Shown: one piece after another, positions 1-5,432 of the stretch
How the letters are laid out: every line of letters begins with the position of its first letter
How positions within the stretch are numbered: position 1 is the first letter of the stretch
Virus record (IMG/VR): IMGVR_UViG_3300045988_002400
DNA length: 18,432 bases
Reading direction: 5' to 3' (one strand)
Source: a virus
Notes under the pieces: model-generated
The model's database searches: none
What the model was told of the DNA's origin: nothing
Seen by the model: only the letters and a program-made list of their open reading frames with translations
Program-made: the position numbers and the translations under genes

Positions 1-10
1 AGGGGAGGGG
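1..10. repeat. Terminal tandem pentamer AGGGGAGGGG (mirrored at 18423-18432)
   Basis: Direct reading of the first 10 nt; the same sequence is present at the other end through the ITR. Confidence 0.9.
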
Positions 11-217
11 TCCCAGCCACTAGCCTTTTTCCACTGCCGCTCTATCCTGTATCTTGCTGTTGCGTTGCGTTGTGTGTTTTTCATTGCTTCTTCCGTTCTA
101 TCCTGTCATATCCTCTTTGTTGCTTTCTATTTTACCTATCTTTTTTTCGTTGTCAATTCCGCGTGTTGTTTTGCGTGCATTTTTTTTGCGTCTTTCGGTG
201 TGTTGTTTTTTGTGGTG

Positions 218-226
218 TGGTATACT
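218..226 (+). promoter_or_regulatory. Extended -10 promoter TGgTATACT inside the left ITR, firing inward
   Basis: TG at 218-219 and TATACT at 221-226, about 34 nt upstream of the ATG at 260. A GGGAAAGGAAA SD-like stretch lies at 244-254. Confidence 0.55.
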
Positions 227-259
227 GTAGTTGTCCGTTTCGAGGGAAAGGAAATAAAA

Positions 260-643
260 ATGAACATCATTCTTAATCATAAGCATGATGCGGAAGTCCA
301 GTCTCAGCTTGACAAAGCCAACTATCTCGCACGCACCCGCACCGTCGATATCGACGATGTGTACGACGCTGTTTATATTATCGAACGGAAGTTCGAGGAT
401 TGCACTAGAAAGAGTCTAGAGGGCTTGACTGTTCGTGTTGATTTAAACTCTCAGCATTTTCCGAACGCCTATCACGGCGTTCCTATGAGCACTTACTTCA
501 TGCTTGCTTACGAGAAGCGTTCGTGGCGGTTTATTCTTGCGGGGCGGTCTCGTTGTGGCGAGTATGGCAGGTATGAGGTGACGTATTTGCCTGACGCTAT
601 GCGTGAAGAATTGTTGAATAGTTTTGAATCGTTTGACTGCTGA
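260..643 (+). CDS. Hypothetical early protein (127 aa), first gene inside the left ITR
   Basis: In-frame ATG at 260 follows the SD-like GGGAAAGGAAA. The upstream extension to 65 in the ORF track is F/C/V-rich ITR sequence. No motif recognised. Confidence 0.75.
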   Translation: MNIILNHKHDAEVQSQLDKANYLARTRTVDIDDVYDAVYIIERKFEDCTRKSLEGLTVRVDLNSQHFPNAYHGVPMSTYFMLAYEKRSWRFILAGRSRCGEYGRYEVTYLPDAMREELLNSFESFDC

Positions 644-658
644 TTGAGGGGGCGTGAC

Positions 659-727
659 ATGTTCGCTTCGGTGCTTGTTATTTGCGCGTGCGTTTTTGGT
701 GTGGTTGTCGTTTTTGGCATGGTTTAA
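659..727 (+). CDS. Possible 22-aa hydrophobic micropeptide (MFASVLVICACVFGVVVVFGMV)
   Basis: ATG at 659 sits about 7 nt after GAGGGGG. It lies in a T/G-rich segment resembling the ITR interior, so it may be a composition artefact. Confidence 0.25.
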   Translation: MFASVLVICACVFGVVVVFGMV

Positions 728-750
728 GCCTGATAGGTGGTGAGGTTATA

Positions 751-918
751 ATGGTTGGCGTGATTGTTGCCGTCTGCATTCTCTCCGTGCTGTTTCTCGC
801 GATGGCGGCTACAGTGTTTTGCGAACTACCGCGCAACGCGCGTGACGCATTCTGCTTTTTGGTCATGCTTGGCGTGAGCGTGGCTATTGTATTGGTTTTC
901 TTTGTGAAAGGGGTTTGA
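751..918 (+). CDS. Small membrane protein (55 aa, two hydrophobic helices)
   Basis: ATG at 751 lies 5 nt after GTGAGG (740-745). The sequence MVGVIVAVCILSVLFLAMAATVF...FLVMLGVSVAIVLVFFV shows two TM-like stretches. Confidence 0.55.
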   Translation: MVGVIVAVCILSVLFLAMAATVFCELPRNARDAFCFLVMLGVSVAIVLVFFVKGV

Positions 919-919
919 A

Positions 920-1165
920 ATGGTTAAGGATGATAGGAAGATTGCCACGTTCCACTCTCCGTTTAGGGGTGGTGACGTTGGGCTATGGTATTGCGCTCAC
1001 CGCAACGTGTACGAACTTCGGTATGATGTCCGATTTTATTCGATGGACGGATTGACCGATGCAGTTGCATTAACGCCATATGACGCATGCGACTATGATC
1101 AAGTGGTTGACATCATCGTTGACGCTACCGATTTGGCGCTCACTCCGCTTTTAGAAAGGAATTGA
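920..1165 (+). CDS. Hypothetical early protein (81 aa)
   Basis: ATG is preceded by GAAAGGGG and is tightly packed after the previous stop. No motif recognised. Confidence 0.7.
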   Translation: MVKDDRKIATFHSPFRGGDVGLWYCAHRNVYELRYDVRFYSMDGLTDAVALTPYDACDYDQVVDIIVDATDLALTPLLERN

Positions 1166-1168
1166 ATT

Positions 1169-1372
1169 ATGTATTTTCGCGGTTGGATTCATTCATGGAC
1201 TTGCGGCAATTGTCCTGACGCTAACGTATATTGGCGGTTACGTGCGTTTTGGGCAGGCGTGAAGCATAGGCGTAGCGCGGATAATCCGCCGAAACATTGC
1301 CCGAGCGGCTTCCTGTGGGAATCGATGTGGCTGGACGGTTATGATAGTAACGAAGATACATTGGAGTTTTGA
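1169..1372 (+). CDS. Hypothetical early protein (67 aa, Trp/Cys-rich, CGNC motif)
   Basis: AAGGAA SD lies upstream of the ATG at 1169. It has a CxxC plus a later Cys. No family recognised. Confidence 0.65.
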   Translation: MYFRGWIHSWTCGNCPDANVYWRLRAFWAGVKHRRSADNPPKHCPSGFLWESMWLDGYDSNEDTLEF

Positions 1373-1374
1373 TT

Positions 1375-1905
1375 ATGAAATTGAAGAATTTGAATTTTGA
1401 TGAAGGCGATGAACGTACAAACTGGTTTGACGATGGCGTGCTGGATGACGACCGTGTGCGCCGTGTCATTCGGGGGCGCCGCCGTAATCTGCACTTGCGC
1501 GAATACAATCGAGGTGAGGGCGATTGGGAAACATTATGCCGTAGTATAACACTGCTCAAGAACTTTTACGAGCCTCAAGGGTCACAAGTGGCGTTCGCCG
1601 ACGGGGTGGAACATGCGGCAAACGTTTGCTTATCACTGTCCTCTCGCACATCCCGCATCGGAGCGTTGGCGCGAACTCAGGACATTGAAATGCTGGGCGG
1701 CGTCATTTATGCCCCGGCTATGGTGGCGTGGTGCGCCGTCTGCCATGTCAAGGGCGCGTCATGCTATGAAATGTGCAAAGTCTGGGATGGCAATGAATTT
1801 GCTCAGACTGTCGTTAAAATCGCGTGTCGTTGTTTTGACAATCTGACAGATGTGCGGTATACTGATGAAGATATTGCAAGAATGTCACAACAGCAGCAAC
1901 AATAA
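1375..1905 (+). CDS. Hypothetical early protein (176 aa, Cys-rich centre, poly-Q C-terminus)
   Basis: ATG at 1375 is 8 nt after GGAG (1363-1366) and 2 nt after the previous stop. No family recognised. Confidence 0.75.
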   Translation: MKLKNLNFDEGDERTNWFDDGVLDDDRVRRVIRGRRRNLHLREYNRGEGDWETLCRSITLLKNFYEPQGSQVAFADGVEHAANVCLSLSSRTSRIGALARTQDIEMLGGVIYAPAMVAWCAVCHVKGASCYEMCKVWDGNEFAQTVVKIACRCFDNLTDVRYTDEDIARMSQQQQQ

Positions 1906-1922
1906 GATAAGGCGGTATGATT

Positions 1923-2237
1923 ATGGCATACATTAAGAGGGCCAAGCATTACAGTATCGTGCGCGGCATCACGCGCGGTGAAAACGGTGAACTTGTTGAT
2001 ACCGAGGTGGTCGTGAATGGCGCGTGCCGTACTGCTGACATGGCTATGAAGAAAGCCCGCAAAATCAACAAGGACATGCTGCCCATGTCCGCCGAGTATC
2101 ATGCGCAGGTAACGCGCATGGATGAGGCGATTTATTGGGCTAATTGCGAATTTGGGGATGATACCATTATTGACTATCCGGGGCCGGTTAACGGCAACGT
2201 GGTCGAAGATGATATTATCACCGAGGAAAATAATTAA
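1923..2237 (+). CDS. Candidate p6-like dsDNA-binding (histone-like) protein, 104 aa with acidic tail
   Basis: Its position directly upstream of the SSB homologue matches phi29 gene order 6-5-3-2. It is the same length as phi29 p6, with a basic centre (MAMKKARKINK) and an acidic C-terminus (VEDDIITEENN), but only loose by-eye similarity. ATG at 1923 has better SD spacing (AAGGCGG 1909-1915) than ATG at 1917. Confidence 0.45.
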   Translation: MAYIKRAKHYSIVRGITRGENGELVDTEVVVNGACRTADMAMKKARKINKDMLPMSAEYHAQVTRMDEAIYWANCEFGDDTIIDYPGPVNGNVVEDDIITEENN

Positions 2238-2264
2238 TAATCCCTATAAGGAAAGGCGACACTA

Positions 2265-2702
2265 ATGGCTGACAACGAACTTACCGTAACGAACGGCAAC
2301 AATTTTTCTGCGAACGGCACTAACGCCGTATCCCACTTCTTCGATACCTCTACGATGGACGGCAAGATGGCGCTGTACAACGCCATGCAGACCGCCGATA
2401 AGGTAGATGAACACCTTAATGAACCGTTGCATGTCACCAACGTGCTGGCGCAGGCTATCGAAGTCGCCAATCAAGAGACAGGTGAAATCAATTCGTCTAC
2501 CCGCGTAGTCATTCACGCGGAGGAAGGCGACTTTGCCGCAGCCTCCCCCACGCTGGCGCACGCATTCGGCAATCTGTTCGCTATTTTCGGGACGCCGGAC
2601 ACGTGGAATCAGCCACTCGCCCTCAAGGTGGTGGAAAAAAAGAGTCGCCGTGGCTACAAGTTCTTCGACCTTGAACTGGTGTCGGAAAACAAGCGCAAGT
2701 AA
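2265..2702 (+). CDS. phi29 p5-like single-stranded DNA-binding protein
   Basis: By-eye alignment to phi29 p5: FDTSTMDGKMALYNA vs FDTETLEGQIKIFNA; RVVIHAEEGDFAAASPTLAHAFGNL vs VTTIFAADGSLYSAISKTVAEAASDL; LALKVVEKKSRRGYKFFDLEL vs FKVKVVQGTSSKGNVFFSLQL. It is also syntenic. Confidence 0.65.
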   Translation: MADNELTVTNGNNFSANGTNAVSHFFDTSTMDGKMALYNAMQTADKVDEHLNEPLHVTNVLAQAIEVANQETGEINSSTRVVIHAEEGDFAAASPTLAHAFGNLFAIFGTPDTWNQPLALKVVEKKSRRGYKFFDLELVSENKRK

Positions 2703-2721
2703 CACGATTGTCCGCACCGTA

Positions 2722-2730
2722 TGATATCAT
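2722..2730 (+). promoter_or_regulatory. Extended -10-like element TGaTATCAT
   Basis: The 15-nt block TGATATCATGGCAAT is nearly identical to TGATATAATGGCAAT at 9967-9981. It is intergenic, after the SSB gene. Confidence 0.4.
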
Positions 2731-2756
2731 GGCAATGTCCCTATAGGGATGTTGCC
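2731..2756 (+). terminator. Hairpin (11-bp stem with two G-U pairs, TATA loop) after the SSB gene
   Basis: ggcaatgtccc-tata-gggatgttgcc. There is no U-tract, so it could be a terminator, a processing site or a translational structure. It contains the ATG at 2749. Confidence 0.35.
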
Positions 2757-3768
2757 GCCAGACTCACCCCCCGCCGTTCCCATCCTTTACGGCGAGGGGT
2801 GTTTCATACTCACAGGGGGAACCGTGGCGAAACGCAAAAACCGCCGACGCGCTGACAATCTGAAACGCAACGCCGCAATCAGGTCGGCACAGGCGCGCCG
2901 GGAACGAGCCGTCAGAGATTACAGTACCGGACGACTCCCCAAGAAAATCACCGAAACGTTTTTAGGAAATCTCAGTGCCCAACAGCTTGAACAGGTCGCA
3001 CGACGCATTGGGCAGGAGTTCGGAGAGCAACAGCAAGCCTTAAGAGCGCGAGATAATGAGCCGTATCAGGTTGCCCCCGACGTTCGTATCACGAAACTTG
3101 ACCGTGAGATGGCCGCGCGTCCGCTGATAACCGACGCGGAAATCGCCGCCGCCCCGTCGAAACGGCGGAAAACATTGCGGCAGCAGCAGCGCCGCAGAGT
3201 TGAGGCACGGCAGAAAATCAAGCGCGCCCAACAATTCGAAGCCTTGAGTATGGCCCGCTATACCGTAGGGGAGATGCGTGAAATGGAACGCGCAGGGGAA
3301 TCACCGTTCGACGTGTTAGGCACTCATACAATTGGCGGTTCAGCACGCGATGAACTTACGCGGAGCCGTGCGAACGTGTTCGGTACAGAGCGTGGCTTAA
3401 GCCATGCACGCGCGATGATTCGAGAGGGGAGCCGTAGGAAACTTGAACAAGAAATGCTCGAATACGCCGGACTTATTGGACGTGCGCCATTACGTGCGGG
3501 AACTAGAAAGGTTCCCGAGAGCGAGGGTGTTTCGAATTTTGATAAAGTCGCACAGCAACTTGAAGCGTTCGACTTTAGCGTAGCTCAAAAATTCGCCGCC
3601 TTGTCGAACCGTCAAAAACGATGGCTTATAAACAACACGAATTTCAGCGCCGTAGTACGCGAAGCAACATGGTATAATGATAAGGCGCATAAATGGGAAA
3701 CTAAATCGGACGCGGGGGATGTGGAGACGCGAATCGATGAATGGATGACCAACGCAGCAAGACACTAA
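2749..3768 (+). CDS. Candidate terminal protein (very basic; alternative GTG start at 2824)
   Basis: It lies immediately upstream of the protein-primed DNAP, as in phi29 (gene 3 then gene 2). It has an Arg/Lys-rich N-terminal region (AKRKNRRRADNLKRN...) and a size near 300 aa. There is only weak C-terminal resemblance to phi29 TP. GTG at 2824 has a GGGGGA SD, whereas ATG at 2749 is buried in a hairpin. Confidence 0.55.
   Translation: MLPPDSPPAVPILYGEGCFILTGGTVAKRKNRRRADNLKRNAAIRSAQARRERAVRDYSTGRLPKKITETFLGNLSAQQLEQVARRIGQEFGEQQQALRARDNEPYQVAPDVRITKLDREMAARPLITDAEIAAAPSKRRKTLRQQQRRRVEARQKIKRAQQFEALSMARYTVGEMREMERAGESPFDVLGTHTIGGSARDELTRSRANVFGTERGLSHARAMIREGSRRKLEQEMLEYAGLIGRAPLRAGTRKVPESEGVSNFDKVAQQLEAFDFSVAQKFAALSNRQKRWLINNTNFSAVVREATWYNDKAHKWETKSDAGDVETRIDEWMTNAARH
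3670..3678 (+). promoter_or_regulatory. Possible internal promoter TGgTATAAT inside the 3' end of the TP gene
   Basis: Perfect extended -10 consensus about 108 nt upstream of the DNAP ATG at 3786. It could be a chance match in coding sequence. Confidence 0.3.
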
Positions 3769-3785
3769 AAAAAAAGGATGGAATC

Positions 3786-5246
3786 ATGCGAGAGCGTCGA
3801 ACGGCGGCAACAGACGGCGCAACATTATTGACGGATGACGGTATAACGCCATTGACGGCGAATGCCGTCATCCGGCTAACTATGCTTGATCATCATACGC
3901 GCGTATGGTGCGCACATGGATGGCAGGATATAAAGCCAATAGCGGCCGAGCTGTTGAGACGCCTCCCCCTGCAATCGAATCCGGCCAAGGATGGAGTGTA
4001 TGGCACTTTTAATATTCGCGGCCACTTCTACAGTTTCCGCGTGCGCATGGGCGGCGTCACCGTGGATTTTCTGGACGTGCGCAACATCACACGCGATGAC
4101 GGATTGAACGTTTCACGTGAAACGTTTGGAGGAGCCACCGACTTGGAAACCACATGGAATATCGCACAGGAATGCGACGCCCTGCAACTCAAGGGCACCA
4201 CCATAGCGTCTATGGCAATGAGCGATTACGTCGGGGGAGATTACGCAGGATTCAAACAGCACTTTCCGCCATTGGATAAAGCGGAATATCATCGGATGCG
4301 CCCCGCATACTATGGAGCGATAGTGTACAGCAGGCCGGGTGAATATCGGGATTGCAGGAGTTGGGATGTGAACAGTCTCTATCCGAGTATCATGCGCGAC
4401 TTTGCCATGCCGGTAGGCTCTCCCGTCTGGTATGAGGGGGAATATCATTATGACGCTGATTATCCGCTGCATATCGATGTTATCGCGTTCGACGCGCGGC
4501 TGAAAACGGGAAAAACGGCGACACTCACCAACATCCTACCCGTATGGGGGTACGAGGGCGAACGTATGGACAGCACGTTAGGCGTCGTCACCATGCCGGT
4601 AGCCGATGTGGATTGGCAGACCCTGACGGAAAACTATGATGTCCATGTGTGGGATTATGCGGGCGGCTGGAAATTCCGTAAATCGCATGGACTTTATTAC
4701 AACTACGTTGATAAATGGTTCCACGTGAAACAAACCGAAACCGGAGAGGGTCGTCAAATGGCGAAACTATTGCTTAATTCGTTGGTGGGAAAATTCGGAG
4801 CCTCACTTTACCGGCCTATGCTGCACCCGAAACCCTCTGGCGACGGCGGCGTGGATTTTACTGTGGACAAACCCGAGTCGGCCAACTCGCTCGCATGGCT
4901 ACCGACCGCCGCATATATCAACGCCTACGGTCGGCAAATACTGTCCCGTGCAATGAATGCGAACGCCGGTCGTGTACTCTACGCCGATACGGACGGCATG
5001 ATATTGGAGGGGTCAGATGCGCCCGCAGATATCGAAATGGACGATAAGAAACTGGGTGCGTGGAAAAACGACCACACCTACAGAAAACTCCGCATTCTCG
5101 GCAATCGCAAATATTGCGGCGTAGAGACAGATGGCAGCACGGTGATGCGGTTGAGTGGCGTGCATCGGGCAGCCCCTATTCCCTACGACGATTTTCTGCC
5201 GGGGTCACGCCACGTCAACGATGACGGCTGTTTTTTTGTGCTATAA
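3786..5246 (+). CDS. Protein-primed family B DNA polymerase (phi29 gp2-like), 486 aa
   Basis: - Motif A: WDVNSLYPSIM.
- YPLHI shared with phi29.
- Motif B: KLLLNSLVGKFG.
- Motif C: VLYADTDG.
- KKLGAWKNDHTYRKLRILGNRKY vs phi29 KKLGYWAHESTFKRAKYLRQKTY.
- TPR1- and TPR2-like insertions are present.
- ATG at 3786 has an AAGGA SD at 7 nt; the upstream ATG at 3741 overlaps the TP gene. Confidence 0.95.
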   Translation: MRERRTAATDGATLLTDDGITPLTANAVIRLTMLDHHTRVWCAHGWQDIKPIAAELLRRLPLQSNPAKDGVYGTFNIRGHFYSFRVRMGGVTVDFLDVRNITRDDGLNVSRETFGGATDLETTWNIAQECDALQLKGTTIASMAMSDYVGGDYAGFKQHFPPLDKAEYHRMRPAYYGAIVYSRPGEYRDCRSWDVNSLYPSIMRDFAMPVGSPVWYEGEYHYDADYPLHIDVIAFDARLKTGKTATLTNILPVWGYEGERMDSTLGVVTMPVADVDWQTLTENYDVHVWDYAGGWKFRKSHGLYYNYVDKWFHVKQTETGEGRQMAKLLLNSLVGKFGASLYRPMLHPKPSGDGGVDFTVDKPESANSLAWLPTAAYINAYGRQILSRAMNANAGRVLYADTDGMILEGSDAPADIEMDDKKLGAWKNDHTYRKLRILGNRKYCGVETDGSTVMRLSGVHRAAPIPYDDFLPGSRHVNDDGCFFVL

Positions 5247-5247
5247 T
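5239..5247 (+). promoter_or_regulatory. Extended -10 promoter TGcTATAAT overlapping the DNAP stop codon
   Basis: Consensus TGnTATAAT. The GTGCTATAAT block recurs as GTGCTATACT at 15573. The predicted TSS near 5254 has no start codon. Confidence 0.6.
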
Positions 5248-5253
5248 GACTGG

Positions 5254-5420
5254 TAGCGGGGTGTGCGTCCCAAGCCGATTCAATGGCCCGACCGGTAGGC
5301 AATCGGTAAGGCGATTCGGTTGGATGTAGACGTGCGTAGCCAACGCCCATCGACGGCGAGGGAACCCGCACAGCCTAGCAATCCGGCACGGTGGCGTGAT
5401 TGCCGCCGTGCCATTTATCT
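5254..5420 (+). ncRNA. Candidate structured non-coding RNA (pRNA-like packaging RNA, or late-operon leader/attenuator)
   Basis: This is the only long non-coding gap in the genome. A promoter sits at 5239-5247 and a terminator-like hairpin at 5385-5412, followed by ATTTATCTT. There is no ORF longer than 8 codons. Long-range pairing of 5258-5271 with 5360-5376 encloses hairpins at 5274-5307, 5319-5344 and 5344-5358. Confidence 0.4.
5385..5420 (+). terminator. Intrinsic terminator-like hairpin (ggcacggtggc / gccgccgtgcc) plus ATTTATCTT
   Basis: GC-rich 11-bp stem with one G-U pair and a 6-nt loop, followed by a U-rich tail. It lies 13 nt upstream of the scaffold gene ATG. Confidence 0.55.
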
Positions 5421-5432
5421 TAAGAGGTGATT

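Larger units (their letters stand above)
1..262. repeat. Left inverted terminal repeat (perfect 1-203, imperfect extension to about 262)
   Basis: Manual reverse-complement comparison with 18170-18432. Positions 1-203 are identical. Positions 204-262 show 8 mismatches plus a 1-nt indel and run through the SD and ATG. Confidence 0.95.

Noticed and set aside
65-286. ORFs inside the left ITR (65-259 extension of the first gene, 70-276 +, 98-286 -) and their mirror images at the right end (18003-18335 +, 18165-18368 -, 18175-18363 -).
   Set aside because: The inward strand has almost no A, so stop codons are rare by composition. The translations are F/C/V-rich nonsense. A good SD plus ATG lies at the inner ITR edge. 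These are duplicated non-coding DNA.
3741-3785. A9 tract (3767-3775) at the TP/DNAP junction as a frameshift or transcriptional-slippage site fusing TP to DNAP, and ATG 3741 as the DNAP start.
   Set aside because: The A-run begins inside the TP stop codon (TAA at 3766-3768). Slippage in the run therefore cannot bypass the stop, and there is no slippery heptamer upstream of it. ATG 3786 has a proper SD (AAGGA at 7 nt), whereas 3741 has none and overlaps the TP gene.
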